Below are positions 41,089 through 51,554 of a stretch of 64,000 nt of DNA, one piece after another; position 1 is the first letter of the stretch, and the number at the start of each line of letters is the position of its first letter. This DNA is from Candidatus Latescibacterota bacterium (GTDB taxonomy: Bacteria > Latescibacterota > UBA2968 > UBA8231). A model generated the notes under the pieces. That model ran no database searches. It worked only from the letters and a program-made list of their open reading frames with translations, and had not been told where the DNA came from. The translations under genes were made by a program, and so were the position numbers. The stretch spans positions 2,226,936 to 2,290,935 of the forward strand of contig CBDCNM010000002.1 of assembly GCA_965219385.1 (NCBI GenBank), written 5' to 3'.

Positions 41089-42390
41089 ATGGCCAAGATT
41101 GTTTTTTTCATGCTCTCACAACAAGGCCATCTGAACGCCAGTCTAAAACTGGCCAAAGATTTGCAGGCGGCAGGTCATGATGTGCTCTTTCTTTGTACCA
41201 GGGATGATCAAGAATTTCTTTTAGTACAGCAGATGGAATGTTTACCTGTATTAGAGGGAATTTATCCCAAGGGTTTCCAACAACATCACCAGGCACAAAA
41301 TAGGCTGCGACGCTTTTTGGAACTTAGACGGACCATAGTGGATACGTCCAGGCGGTTGCCGCTCGAGCTGGAATCCATAATTCAGGAATATAAACCCGAT
41401 CTGTTTATCATCGACTCAATCATGGCTTATGCTGCTTTCATTCCTTGTAAAAGCAAGATTTCCGTCGTCATTCTCAGTAGCTTGTTGCCCACTACCAAGG
41501 GAGATCACCTTCCACCGCTGGTGACCCGACGGCTTCCTCCAAGGCATTCATTGGATCGCCTATGTACGAGTCTCGTCTGGTCCTGGGTTTTATTTAAAAG
41601 GTTCTGGGTCCATTTGTTCCGAGGAAGTATGCGCAACTACAAGAAGATGGCACACCGGTGTGGATTTGATTGGGGTCGTGTTAACCGGTCTGATGTTTTT
41701 TTATTCGATCTGCCGCTCCCCAAGTTAATACTTTGTCCCGAATGTTTCGATTTTGCCCGCTCGCCGAGCCCTGATCGGTACTACATCGAAGCCTCTATCG
41801 ATTGGGGTAGACAGGATGCTGAATTCCCCTGGAGCAGCGTGTCTGATCAAAAGAAGATCGTCTACTGTTCGCTGGGCTCCCAGAGTTATTGTTATGATAA
41901 TGGCCGGGCATTTTTTCTACGGGTGATGAACGCCTTCGAAGAGCTGGAAGGCTACCAATTAATTTTATCTATAGGCGGAAACCCCGCCGCGGAAGATCTG
42001 CTATCGGCCCATGGGGATATGATAGTTATAAGGTATGCTCCACAGCTGGATATTCTCAGACGTGCTACTTTGATGATTACCCATGGTGGTTTGAATTCCA
42101 TCAAAGAATGTATTTATTTGGGGGTGCCGATGCTGGTTTTCCCCGGACTCTACGACCAGTTCGGCAATGCTGCCAGGGTGCTATATCACGGTCTGGGATA
42201 CGTCGGCCACATGACCAGGACGGCGTCAAAAGAGATTCGCGCCATGGTACTATCCATTGAAAACGATTGTTTGGTGCGCAGCAATATTCAGTCCATGCGC
42301 GAAAAGTTCGTTTTAGTCGAGGAAAAAACACCGAGTATCGGGATTATCGAAAAATTGATCAATAAAAAACTCATCGTCGAAACATCGTAA
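41089..42390 (+). CDS. Glycosyltransferase family 1 (UDP-glycosyltransferase, MGT-like)
   Basis: GHLNAS, YCSLGS, APQLDIL, THGGLNSIKE, DQFGNA. Confidence 0.9.
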   Translation: MAKIVFFMLSQQGHLNASLKLAKDLQAAGHDVLFLCTRDDQEFLLVQQMECLPVLEGIYPKGFQQHHQAQNRLRRFLELRRTIVDTSRRLPLELESIIQEYKPDLFIIDSIMAYAAFIPCKSKISVVILSSLLPTTKGDHLPPLVTRRLPPRHSLDRLCTSLVWSWVLFKRFWVHLFRGSMRNYKKMAHRCGFDWGRVNRSDVFLFDLPLPKLILCPECFDFARSPSPDRYYIEASIDWGRQDAEFPWSSVSDQKKIVYCSLGSQSYCYDNGRAFFLRVMNAFEELEGYQLILSIGGNPAAEDLLSAHGDMIVIRYAPQLDILRRATLMITHGGLNSIKECIYLGVPMLVFPGLYDQFGNAARVLYHGLGYVGHMTRTASKEIRAMVLSIENDCLVRSNIQSMREKFVLVEEKTPSIGIIEKLINKKLIVETS

Positions 42391-42424
42391 ATATTTGGAC
42401 CTCAAGACCGGGAGGGGATGTTGC
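42378..42424 (-). repeat. Partial inverted copy of the MITE right end
   Basis: 47 nt align with 6 mismatches to the reverse complement of 54001-54047. Confidence 0.75.
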
Positions 42425-42459
42425 GTCGTGTACTCAGCTTTCTTCATAAATAGTGAAAC

Positions 42460-43866
42460 TCAATAAATCTCGGGGTGCCCCTGAACCCCCGCCGCCTCCA
42501 GTGCCGTGGCCGCGCGGAACAGGGTGGCTTCGTCGAAGTGGTGCGCCACCACCTGCACCCCGATCGGCAGCCCCTCCCGGCTCGTGCCGAACGGGACCGA
42601 TAGGGCCGGCGAACCGGTGAGGCCGAAGGTGGCGGTGATGTTGGCCGCGTGTCCGGGTCCGGACGCGGCCTCCCGACCGTCGATGACCAACTCCTCGGCC
42701 TCGTGTCCGTGGGCTGTATTGGGCGCCGTGGGACACAGGAGCAGATCGTGGTTGGCAAAAAATTGCCCCACGTCCTGCGCCAGCAGGTCGCGCTTGTCCA
42801 TGGACACCAGGAAATCTTCAAGGGCCGGCAGGGGCAACCCCAGCAGCCCCTGGATCGATTCGGTCAACTCGTCCTCGCGACCCTGGACGAAGGGCCGCAA
42901 ATAGTGCTCGCCTTCGGCCACTACCATGTCCATGCAGACCGCTATGGCCAGCCGGTCCTTCCAGTCGAACTCCACCGGCTCTACCGCGCATCCCATCTCC
43001 CCGAGAGTGGTCGCGGCCTGCGCGACCACCTCCTGGATTTCCTGGTCCACCGGGGCGAAGGGGCCTTCCTGGAAAAAGCCGACCCGCAGGCCGTTCAAGT
43101 CGCCCCTCAGTTCCCCCGGCAACGGCATGGGGGCGGACACGGCATAGGGATCCTGGTTGTCCGGCCCGGCCAGCACCGCAAGCGCCAGGGCCGCATCGCG
43201 CACGGTCCGGCAGATGGGTCCCACGTGCATGTGGCGGCACATCAACTCGGGCCAGGATCCGGTCAGGGGAATCCGGCCGTGGGTCGGCTTGAATCCGACG
43301 ATGCCGCAGTAGTGCGAGGGCAGCCGGTTGGAGCCGCCCAGGTCCGTGCCGATTCCCAAAGGTGAAAGACCCGCAGCAATGGCCGCGGTCTCGCCCCCGC
43401 TGGAACCACCCGTGGTGCGCTCCAGGTTCCAGGGGTTGAGGGTGCGGTCGAAGACCTTGTTGAAGGTCTCGGCCCGGAGGGCGAATTCCGGCAGATTGGT
43501 TTTGCCTAAAAGAATACCCCCGGCTTCCTTGAGCCGGCGCACGGCGGTGGCGTCGATCGCGGGGACCAGGTCCGCAAAGATCAGGGAACCTCGCGTGGTC
43601 CGCACGCCCTGGCTGTCGAAACAGTCCTTGGCGGTGAAGGGGACGCCGTGCAGCGGCCCGAGGCTGGCGCCACTGGCCACGGCGTTCGTGGCCTTTTGCG
43701 CCTGCTCCATAGCATCGTCGGCCAGGGTGACCACGGCGTTGATTTTTGGATTGACGGTCTCGATGCGTTCCAGGTGGGCGCGTACCACCTCTACTGGCGA
43801 GAGGGCTTTGGTGCGGATTTTTTCAGCCAGTTCGGTGGCGTCGGCGTAATAGACGTCTGCGCTCAT
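42460..43866 (-). CDS. Amidase signature family protein
   Basis: [36 protein letters not shown]. Confidence 0.92.
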   Translation of the reverse strand: MSADVYYADATELAEKIRTKALSPVEVVRAHLERIETVNPKINAVVTLADDAMEQAQKATNAVASGASLGPLHGVPFTAKDCFDSQGVRTTRGSLIFADLVPAIDATAVRRLKEAGGILLGKTNLPEFALRAETFNKVFDRTLNPWNLERTTGGSSGGETAAIAAGLSPLGIGTDLGGSNRLPSHYCGIVGFKPTHGRIPLTGSWPELMCRHMHVGPICRTVRDAALALAVLAGPDNQDPYAVSAPMPLPGELRGDLNGLRVGFFQEGPFAPVDQEIQEVVAQAATTLGEMGCAVEPVEFDWKDRLAIAVCMDMVVAEGEHYLRPFVQGREDELTESIQGLLGLPLPALEDFLVSMDKRDLLAQDVGQFFANHDLLLCPTAPNTAHGHEAEELVIDGREAASGPGHAANITATFGLTGSPALSVPFGTSREGLPIGVQVVAHHFDEATLFRAATALEAAGVQGHPEIY

Positions 43867-44170
43867 TTATTTGTTTTCCTTTTTCGTATTTCATGTATTG
43901 ATCTTCAGTACTCAGATCTCTCCCACCTCGGTGAGGTGCATCATGGTGGGTCCTGCCCCGAATCCGTAGACCTAGATACCGTGGGCCCCGGCCCTGTGGT
44001 AATGACTGGCCACTGCCTGGTTGCGATCTTTTCCTTTTCCACTGCATCTTCGGGACCGACAAATTTTATCAAGCCCGAATACTCGCCCTGGGTGATGGGC
44101 CGGGCATTGCTCACCTCCTTGAAAACCGCCGGCGGTAAAGATGCACCGCCACTGAGCCATGGTCAAGTAG

Positions 44171-44199
44171 TTGACACAGGCCGCGGGCAGAGCTACCTT
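44171..44199 (+). promoter_or_regulatory. Putative sigma70 promoter
   Basis: TTGACA-N17-TACCTT. Confidence 0.5.
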
Positions 44200-44297
44200 G
44201 ATAGCCTGTCTGATTGTGGCCGGGTTGGGAAGGGGGACGTTGCCGGCGGCGGTTTATGGGAAATACAAGAGCACCGGCCATATTGAACAAGACTACT

Positions 44298-45237
44298 ATG
44301 AAACACTTTTCCCTCACCACCGAAAATCTCCCCTTGTCCAAAGCCGCCACGCCCCGGGCCCGACGCGTCCAGATCCGCTGGAAAAACAAAAGCATCCTGG
44401 ATCTGACTCAGGGCCTTTTTTTTCCGCTGCTACCTCTTCCCGGTGTACTCGCCCCAGGGCGTTTCCCTCACCGCCGAGAGCCCGGTGGACCACCCGCACC
44501 ACAACTCCATCACCATCGGCGCCGATGTCTTCTTCGCGAAACTACCGCCCTTGAGTCCGGCTATGTCCAACCTAAAGGAGGAAGCCACCTACAACCTCTA
44601 CGTCAATCAGGTCTTCCAGGGCCGCGCCCCGGGCCGCACCTGGGTCGTGGGCGCCGAGGGCGAAGAGGTGGACGAAAACCACCTCCGCGTGGTCCAGCAG
44701 GTGCAGTGGCAGGGCCCCGAGGAGTGGGGTGCGGCCGACGGCCGGCGGGTCCTGGCCGAAGAAACCCGCACCATCGACCTCTACCCCGGCGAGGTGGCCA
44801 ATGTGATCGATATCCGCTCGCAGCTGCGGCCCACGGAGTGGGACATCACCATCGGTCCGACCCGCCACTCCTACTTCACCATCCGTCTGGCCGACGGTCT
44901 CCGGGTCGACGACGGGGGTACTTCCCTCGACTCCGAAGGCCGCCGGGGCGGCAAGACCATCACCGGCCAGAGGGCTGCCTGGGTGGATATGTCGGGCCCC
45001 TGCGCCCACGGTCAAAAAGCCGGTATCACCGTGATCCCGCATTCTTCCATAACCGACCTGCGCTGGAACGTGGCCGACTGGGGCACCATTACGGTGAATC
45101 CTTTCATGGATAAACAAGGGGTGCTGAATCGGGGCGATACCCTGGACCTGGGGGTCCGCATCCTGGCCCACGACAAAGACGCCGCCGCCGCGGATGTGGC
45201 CGGCCTTTACGAAGAATTCAAGAGCCGGAGCGGCTAG
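44298..45237 (+). pseudogene. DUF6807/'PmoA-family' beta-sandwich protein frameshifted in a T8 run
   Basis: Frame 1 MKHFSL...LTQGLF and frame 2 FRCYLFPVYSPQG...ESPVDHPHH join at the T8 run 44416-44423. Confidence 0.65.
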
Positions 45238-45438
45238 CCCGCGGCCGCAGCCGGGGCGATGGTCCGTGCGCTGGCCAGAAGCTGGGTAGTGTCCGATACA
45301 TTTCAACATCTTATACCAAAGCCCTGTTTCGGCTTGCGCTTTTCCCTCGACTTTTCCCTTGTATATCAGGCCCGATTTCCACACCTTTTATAATCGGCAT
45401 TGCACAACAATTCAGCTCACCGCCACCCAGGAGCTAAA

Positions 45439-46194
45439 ATGGAACTCAGACCCAACCGCATCAAACACAAACTGGCCGCGGGCGAATCCGCCTATATCGT
45501 CAGCGGCATCACCCACCCCGACGACATCGACGCCTTTGGCCCGAACGGCTTCGACGGCATATGGCTGGAAGGGGAACACGGCTGGGTAACCCCGGCCGAA
45601 CTGGGCAACCTCACCCGCGCCTGCGATATCTGGGGCATGACCTCGGTGGTGCGCATCAACCGCAACGACCAGGCCCTCATCTACCGCACCCTCGACCGCG
45701 GCGCCCAGGCCATTGTGGTGCCGCACGTAAACACCCGGGAGGAAGCGCGGAACGTGGTTGCCGGCGGCAAGTTCGCGCCCATCGGCCAGCGCGGCCTCTA
45801 CATCAGCCGCCAGGGCTTCGGCGTGGACGATTACCTCCAGGTGGCCAACGACGAGACCCTGCTGATCATCCTGATCGAAGACATCGTGGCGATAGGCAAC
45901 CTGGACGAGATCCTGACGGTAGACCACATCGACGTGTTTTTTGTCGCGCCCTCGGACCTGGCCGCCTCCATGGGCCACATCGGCGATGTCCAGCACCCCG
46001 AAGTGCAAAAAACCGTTGACGAGGCCCTGGCCCGCATCCAGGCCGCGGGCCGCGTCGCCGGCTCCCTGGCCACCCTCGAAACCATTGAAAAGTATACGGC
46101 GGCCGGGGTCCGCTGCTTCCTGACCAATATCGGCCCCTTGATCGCCGCCGGGGCCGCCGCGTTTTTGCAACGCGCCGAGAATGCCAGAAGGTGA
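45439..46194 (+). CDS. HpcH/HpaI aldolase family protein
   Basis: LEGEHG, LDRGAQAIVVPHV, PIGQRG, IED, APSDLAASMGH. Confidence 0.9.
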   Translation: MELRPNRIKHKLAAGESAYIVSGITHPDDIDAFGPNGFDGIWLEGEHGWVTPAELGNLTRACDIWGMTSVVRINRNDQALIYRTLDRGAQAIVVPHVNTREEARNVVAGGKFAPIGQRGLYISRQGFGVDDYLQVANDETLLIILIEDIVAIGNLDEILTVDHIDVFFVAPSDLAASMGHIGDVQHPEVQKTVDEALARIQAAGRVAGSLATLETIEKYTAAGVRCFLTNIGPLIAAGAAAFLQRAENARR

Positions 46195-46224
46195 AAGCAC
46201 CCCATTGATGCAGGAATTTTCCCC

Positions 46225-46875
46225 ATGCCCGGCAAAACCACAAACATCCTTTTCATCGGCAACAGCTTCACAGCCCGCAACGATCTGCCCGGCCTTGTGG
46301 CCTCCGACGGCAAGAGCCCCAGGGTCGAGCACCAGCTCATCTCCGGGGGCGGTGCCTCTCTCCGGACCCACCTGAACAAGGGGGAGGCCCAGGAAACCTT
46401 GAGCCAAGCGCAATGGGACTACGTGGTGCTGCAGGAACAGAGTACCCTGCCGATCAAAAACGCCCGGAGAATGGGCGAGAATGTCCGGGAATTCGACCAC
46501 CAGATCAAAACATCCGGCTCGACGACGGTGCTCTACATGACCTGGGCACGCCAGGATGCTCCCGACACCCAGCAGGCCATCACCGCAGCCTACACGAGCA
46601 TCGGCAGGGAGCTCGACGCCCTTGTGGTGCCGGCGGGGATCGCCTGGCAGAACTTTCTCGACCAGTACTCCGAACCTGCTTTGCACGACAAGGATAAAAG
46701 CCATCCGTCCCTGGCCGGTACGTATCTGACAGCCTGCGTTTTTCACGCGGTGCTTTTTAATGGAAGGCCGGCTGGTCTGGACGATGGAACCATCGACTTG
46801 AGCCGGACCGATATGAAAAACATCCAGCGCGTGGCCGGGGAAACCGTGCGCCGGTTCGAGCGCGCCGGACAGTGA
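46225..46875 (+). CDS. SGNH-like hydrolase
   Basis: LFIGNSFT, WDYVVLQEQS, DKSHPS. Confidence 0.8.
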   Translation: MPGKTTNILFIGNSFTARNDLPGLVASDGKSPRVEHQLISGGGASLRTHLNKGEAQETLSQAQWDYVVLQEQSTLPIKNARRMGENVREFDHQIKTSGSTTVLYMTWARQDAPDTQQAITAAYTSIGRELDALVVPAGIAWQNFLDQYSEPALHDKDKSHPSLAGTYLTACVFHAVLFNGRPAGLDDGTIDLSRTDMKNIQRVAGETVRRFERAGQ

Positions 46876-46915
46876 GAAACAAGACAGATCGCCCACCCGC
46901 ACACGGAGGAGGGAA

Positions 46916-47791
46916 ATGGAAAACACAACCGTACAAATCGACCAGGAAGAAGAAATCGGCTTCATGCATGTAGACTCGACCGACTTCGGCGCTTTCACCC
47001 TGGCCCAGCGGATCCGCCACTTCGAGGTAGAGGGCTACGTGGTCCTGCCCGATGTCCTGGACGCCTCGCGGATCGAACGGATCAAGGAGGAGATGGCGGA
47101 TGCGCCCATGCAGCACAAAGACTACAGCGAAGCCCAGACCTATTTCCTGGAACCCCAGTGGCGCAGCCGCGCCGTGGCCGAGCTGATCGGGCATCCGCCC
47201 ACCATCGAGTTTCTCGAGGCCTTGATGGGGCCGGATATCGTGTTCACCCACGGGTTGTTCACCCGCACCCTGGCCGGCTCTCCATGCATCTCCATGCACA
47301 CCGATGGCCAGCCCTTTGGCTCGTCCATCTTCGGGTATGAGGGTAGCTCGCCGCGCCTGCTGCGGGTTCTCTATTACCTCGACGACCTCCCGTCCGAACG
47401 GGCGCCTTTCCGGCTGATACCGCGCTCGCACCTGTCCTTTCACGCCGAGGCCAACCCCTATCGGCGCTACGTATCGCACCCGCAGGAAACCACCCTGTGC
47501 CCCAGGGCCGGCACGGCGGTCCTCATCCCCGTGGACCTGTTCCACGGCACCCACCCGAACAAGGACACGGTGCCTCGAGAGCTGATCCAGTTCGGCTACC
47601 GGCCGGCCTGGGCCGGCCCGATCCGGCCCATGGAGGAGTGGGATCCCGAACAGGTGGAGGCCGCGCCCGAGGTCGCCAAACCCTTTCTGCAGAGCCTCAA
47701 TACCAGCGGCCTGGAGTGGGAGCAGCCGCACAAGCCCAAGGGCATGACAAAAGAGGCCCCCGGGATCAACCCGGACCGCTGGGAGGGCTAG
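46916..47791 (+). CDS. PhyH family dioxygenase
   Basis: FEVEGY, HTD, YYLDD, IPRSH, HGT. Confidence 0.85.
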   Translation: MENTTVQIDQEEEIGFMHVDSTDFGAFTLAQRIRHFEVEGYVVLPDVLDASRIERIKEEMADAPMQHKDYSEAQTYFLEPQWRSRAVAELIGHPPTIEFLEALMGPDIVFTHGLFTRTLAGSPCISMHTDGQPFGSSIFGYEGSSPRLLRVLYYLDDLPSERAPFRLIPRSHLSFHAEANPYRRYVSHPQETTLCPRAGTAVLIPVDLFHGTHPNKDTVPRELIQFGYRPAWAGPIRPMEEWDPEQVEAAPEVAKPFLQSLNTSGLEWEQPHKPKGMTKEAPGINPDRWEG

Positions 47792-47935
47792 GGCAGGCTC
47801 GAAGGGTAGGAGCCGTACTCCAGATGATTTCCACATCTTCGAGGACGAACGCGCTCATCAGGCTCTCGGTCCTTTGCTTCAGGGTGATCGCCAGAACCTC
47901 GCCGCCGAGCTGGTGCTCGGGCTCGACCAGGTCTA
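47788..47935 (-). pseudogene. Decayed 3' end of a paralog of the 49807-51288 gene
   Basis: VLAITLKQRTESL...LEDVEII(fs)EYGSYPSSL matches LLEIALQERAERL...IEKVEILVEYGPYPSSL. Confidence 0.6.
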
Positions 47936-47978
47936 CCAGGCAGTGGGAGAAGAATAGATTGAAAAGGCGATATGCGAA

Positions 47979-48875
47979 CTAGTGCGGGAACCGCAGGACC
48001 CTTTTTGCATTATCCCCCATGATATTCGCCCGCTCCACTTGGTTCAAATCCGGCAATAATTCATTGACGATCCGGGTGAGCGGGCCGTAGCCCGGGTCCT
48101 GCGCGATCCAGGGAAAATCCGTCGCCCACATCAGGCGGTCGGTGCCAAAACCCTTGTTCGCCAGGCGTTCGTGCCAGACCGCCAGATCGCGGTAGGGCCA
48201 TTCCTGCTTGCTGAAGGCGTAGTGGCCGGACAGGTGGATGTAGACGTTTTCGTAGTGGCACAGACCCAGGGTGGAATAACCTGTGCGGGGATAGTCCACC
48301 GGGACTTCGATCCGGGGCCGGCCTTTGTCGTCCCAGCTGAGAGCGCCCTCGCCCGGGCAGATCATCAGGTGGTTGAATACCACCCTAACCTGGGGGAAGG
48401 CATCCACCAGAAAGGGGATCAGGTGGGCGTCGGCGGCGCGGGGGTAGAGCCAGAGGACGTAGTCTTTTGCGGCCGCGTGTTCCCAGACGGGATAGGTCTC
48501 GAAGGTGCGGATATCCATCGGGGCGAAGGGATCGAGCGGGCCGCCGATGCGGAAAAGCCGGAAGCCGATGATATCGCCTTGGTCGGCCAGGCGGTCCATG
48601 TGGTCGGTTGTGCTGGGGGCATGGTCCGGTATCAGCCCGATGCCCAGGAAACGGCCGGGGTAGGTTTTGAGGCAATGGCGCAAATAGGCGTGGTGTTCCG
48701 CCTGGGCGCCGCCGATCTGGACCAGCACGGCGCCCTCCACTCCGTGGGTCTGCATTTCTTCCAGGAGTTTCTCGACCGGCTCCTCGCGTTCGGGGGGGAG
48801 CCGGTCGTCGGTCTGGCGGGGAAACTCGGCCGAGGCCCGGGCAAAGACGTGGGCATGGGCGTCGATGCACATCAT
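47979..48875 (-). CDS. Amidohydrolase family protein (Amidohydro_2-like)
   Basis: IDAHAHVF, VFNHL, LSG, RLMWATDFP. ATGA overlap. Confidence 0.85.
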   Translation of the reverse strand: MMCIDAHAHVFARASAEFPRQTDDRLPPEREEPVEKLLEEMQTHGVEGAVLVQIGGAQAEHHAYLRHCLKTYPGRFLGIGLIPDHAPSTTDHMDRLADQGDIIGFRLFRIGGPLDPFAPMDIRTFETYPVWEHAAAKDYVLWLYPRAADAHLIPFLVDAFPQVRVVFNHLMICPGEGALSWDDKGRPRIEVPVDYPRTGYSTLGLCHYENVYIHLSGHYAFSKQEWPYRDLAVWHERLANKGFGTDRLMWATDFPWIAQDPGYGPLTRIVNELLPDLNQVERANIMGDNAKRVLRFPH

Positions 48876-49588
48876 CTTTCCCGGTAGAACAGCCGCCGGC
48901 GCTGCGGGGTGTCGATGTGGTCGGCGATGGCGGCAAACGGGTGGTCTTGGGATTTCCCCTCGCTCCATTTTTCGTAAATCAGGATGATGGATTTCCTCGG
49001 CTTGGCGCTCTTGTTGAGCATGGAGGAGTGCCAGCCATAGGAGTTGAACAGGATGGCGGTGCCGGCCCGGGCCAGGAAGACCTTGTGGCCGGGCATACTT
49101 TCGAGCCGGCCACCGCGCGGATAGGGTCCTGCGCCGGGCTTGTGGCTGCGCGGCACAAAGGCAAAGGCGCCCTGGTCCGGGCCCACGTCCTCCACGTAGA
49201 TCTGCACCTTGATGTGCAGGGGGTTGGTGTGGGGCACATCGGGGTGCCAGCCCACGTAGGGGGACGGGCTGGGCGGCAGCAGGCGCACCTGGGGGGCCAG
49301 AAAAATCAGGTCGTCGTCGGTGAAGTCCATGAGGAGACCGTAGTAGCTGGGGTGATCCGCCAGGTCGATGAAGATATCGTTCTTTTCCATGGCATTGGGG
49401 ATATCGAAAAAACCGGCCGGCCGGGTGCCCTCGGCGATCCCCTCCAGCCAGGCGGGTTTTTCCTCTCTGGCCCAGCGGTCAAAGGCGGCCTGGAGGCGCT
49501 CGAGCTGGGCGCCGGAAAGGGCGTCTTCCAGGACCAGATATCCTTCGTCTTCCCACTGCTGGCGCTGGGCCGAAGTCGGGCGAATCAT
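48872..49588 (-). CDS. PhyH family dioxygenase
   Basis: WEDEGY, WHPD, VPRSH, WHS. Confidence 0.85.
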   Translation of the reverse strand: MIRPTSAQRQQWEDEGYLVLEDALSGAQLERLQAAFDRWAREEKPAWLEGIAEGTRPAGFFDIPNAMEKNDIFIDLADHPSYYGLLMDFTDDDLIFLAPQVRLLPPSPSPYVGWHPDVPHTNPLHIKVQIYVEDVGPDQGAFAFVPRSHKPGAGPYPRGGRLESMPGHKVFLARAGTAILFNSYGWHSSMLNKSAKPRKSIILIYEKWSEGKSQDHPFAAIADHIDTPQRRRLFYRER

Positions 49589-49725
49589 GTTGTACCTCCA
49601 GGGCAAACGGGCTGGCGTGGATCTGTTTCAGTATAATCTACAGCTAGGCGCCGAGGTTGTCCATCCCCCCAATATCGTTGCCTCATAAATGGCGATTTTC
49701 GCCCGGCCCATCAAGATCCATTTGG

Positions 49726-49754
49726 TTGACACAGAAGGCCGACATCGCTACCTT
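49726..49754 (+). promoter_or_regulatory. Putative sigma70 promoter
   Basis: TTGACA-N17-TACCTT upstream of an AAGGAG RBS. Confidence 0.5.
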
Positions 49755-49806
49755 GAGGATCCATTCCATGCACCTGAGCGAAGGGTTGCTTGAAAAGGAG
49801 TTTTCC

Positions 49807-51288
49807 ATGCGCCGGAAGCGGATCATCTACTTCAACGATGCTCGCCATTACTACCTGTTCGTCTTTGAACCCCCTATGAAACTGGAGGACGCTTGGGTCC
49901 CGGTGGACGAAGCCGCGGGCACGAGCGTGGACACCTTCATCTACGGCGTGGCCCGGGGAGATGGCCTGTTCTATCCTTCCAAAGTGGGCCAGCGCTTCGG
50001 CCACGACATGAAGGAATTCAAGCAGGCTGCGTACTGGCGGGTGTGGTACAATATGCAGAGCCTGATGGACCGGGGTCTGGACCCGCTCAAGGTGTTGATC
50101 GACCGGGCCCACGACAAGGGCATGGACTTTTTCGCCAGTTTGCGGATGAGCACTCACGAGTGCATGGATCCGGCCCACCGGATCGAAAACGGCGGCGGCG
50201 CCATGGCCCACCCCGAGGTCCGCGACCACCACTTCGCAGTGCTGGAGGAACTGGTTGCCGACTACGATATCGAAGGCGTGGAACTGGACTTCGCGGTCCC
50301 GGGCGGGGGGCTGCTCATGCCCATTGAAGAGGCGCCTGCCGCCACGCCGGCCATGACCGAGTACGTCGGCCGGATCGCCGCAATGGTGCGCCGCCATCCG
50401 GGCAAACAGGTTGGAATCCGGGTGCTGCCCACCGAAGCATTGAACCGGGCCCAGGGACTCGATGTGTGCGCCTGGCTCCAGCAAGGCCACCTCGACTATG
50501 TGGTGCCGATCCGCTACGGCTATCAGATCCTGGACCCGGACATGCCCATCAACTGGCTGATCGAGGCGGCGCACCAGGCCGAGGTTTCGGTGTACCCGTC
50601 TCTGCAACCCTACCAGGATCACCAGCAGACCGGCGCTGCCGAGCGGATATGGGCCACCCCCGCGCAGATGCGCGCGGCCGTGGCCAACTTCTGGGAGCGC
50701 GGGGCCGACGGCTTTTACGCCTGGTTCCTGCGCTGGCCCTTCGACGATGCCCAGCGGCGGATCCTGACCGAGTTGGGGGATCCCGACCTGGTCAAAGAAG
50801 GCGACAAGCATTACTGTCTGGCCCGGGATGTCAAGGATGAGAAGGATATGCACTACAGGACCAGCCTGCCGGTGGAGATCCAGGCCGACGATACCGGCAC
50901 CCGCCATCCCATTCCCTTCCACCTGGCCGACGATACCAGCGCCTCGGATCGCATCCGCCAGATCCAGCTCAAGCTCAGAATCTACGACCTGGTCAGCACC
51001 GACCGCCTCGAGATCCTGCTCAACGGCCGCTCCCTCGAAGATCAGACCTGCCTGCGGGACTACTACTCCTATATCAGCGCCTATAGCGGCCAGTGGCTGG
51101 AGTTCCACCTGCGGCCCGAGGTGTGGCCCCGCAAGGGCGACAATTTGCTGGAAATCGCTCTCCAGGAAAGGGCCGAGCGCCTGGTCAGCCCGCTGCGGAT
51201 CGAGAAGGTGGAAATCCTGGTGGAGTACGGCCCTTACCCTTCATCCCTCAGGGTTGCTCTCCCCTCTCAAAAGGAAAAACAGCCATGA
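49807..51288 (+). CDS. Glycoside hydrolase-like (GHL10-like) TIM-barrel protein
   Basis: IIYFND, GLDPL..LIDRAH..GM.FFASLRM, PEVR, YDIEGVELDF, GADG. Confidence 0.6.
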   Translation: MRRKRIIYFNDARHYYLFVFEPPMKLEDAWVPVDEAAGTSVDTFIYGVARGDGLFYPSKVGQRFGHDMKEFKQAAYWRVWYNMQSLMDRGLDPLKVLIDRAHDKGMDFFASLRMSTHECMDPAHRIENGGGAMAHPEVRDHHFAVLEELVADYDIEGVELDFAVPGGGLLMPIEEAPAATPAMTEYVGRIAAMVRRHPGKQVGIRVLPTEALNRAQGLDVCAWLQQGHLDYVVPIRYGYQILDPDMPINWLIEAAHQAEVSVYPSLQPYQDHQQTGAAERIWATPAQMRAAVANFWERGADGFYAWFLRWPFDDAQRRILTELGDPDLVKEGDKHYCLARDVKDEKDMHYRTSLPVEIQADDTGTRHPIPFHLADDTSASDRIRQIQLKLRIYDLVSTDRLEILLNGRSLEDQTCLRDYYSYISAYSGQWLEFHLRPEVWPRKGDNLLEIALQERAERLVSPLRIEKVEILVEYGPYPSSLRVALPSQKEKQP

Positions 51289-51552
51289 GCGCAAAACCCC
51301 GGGTGGGCGAGCATCCCTGTTACAGCGACGACTGGACCCGCACCGACCCCGACCTGGTGGTCTATCTGCCGGAAGAGCCGCCCTATGCCAGCGAGGCCAA
51401 CGACCACGTCCCGCACGACCAACGGCCAGGTCTGGTACACCGTCTCGGAGGACGACGGCCACACCTTCCGGCACGCCAAAGGCCCTGGGGCTGGTGCTCC
51501 CTTTCGAGGGCTAGAGTACTTCCAGACGCTGCTCGATGCGCTGGTCCGGTGA
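51285..51552 (+). pseudogene. Sialidase/BNR-repeat protein remnant
   Basis: N-terminus ...DWTRTDPDLVVYLP...NDHV is joined out of frame to RTTNGQVWYTVSEDDGHTF (Asp-box). Confidence 0.55.
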
Positions 51553-51554
51553 TA

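Noticed and set aside
43990..44150. Aldehyde dehydrogenase-like remnant on the minus strand (PPAVFKEVSNARPITQGE)
   Set aside because: Resemblance is too weak to call without a search.
44443..45237. Methane monooxygenase PmoA
   Set aside because: Soluble-looking protein with no TM helices and no pmoCB; the family name is misleading.
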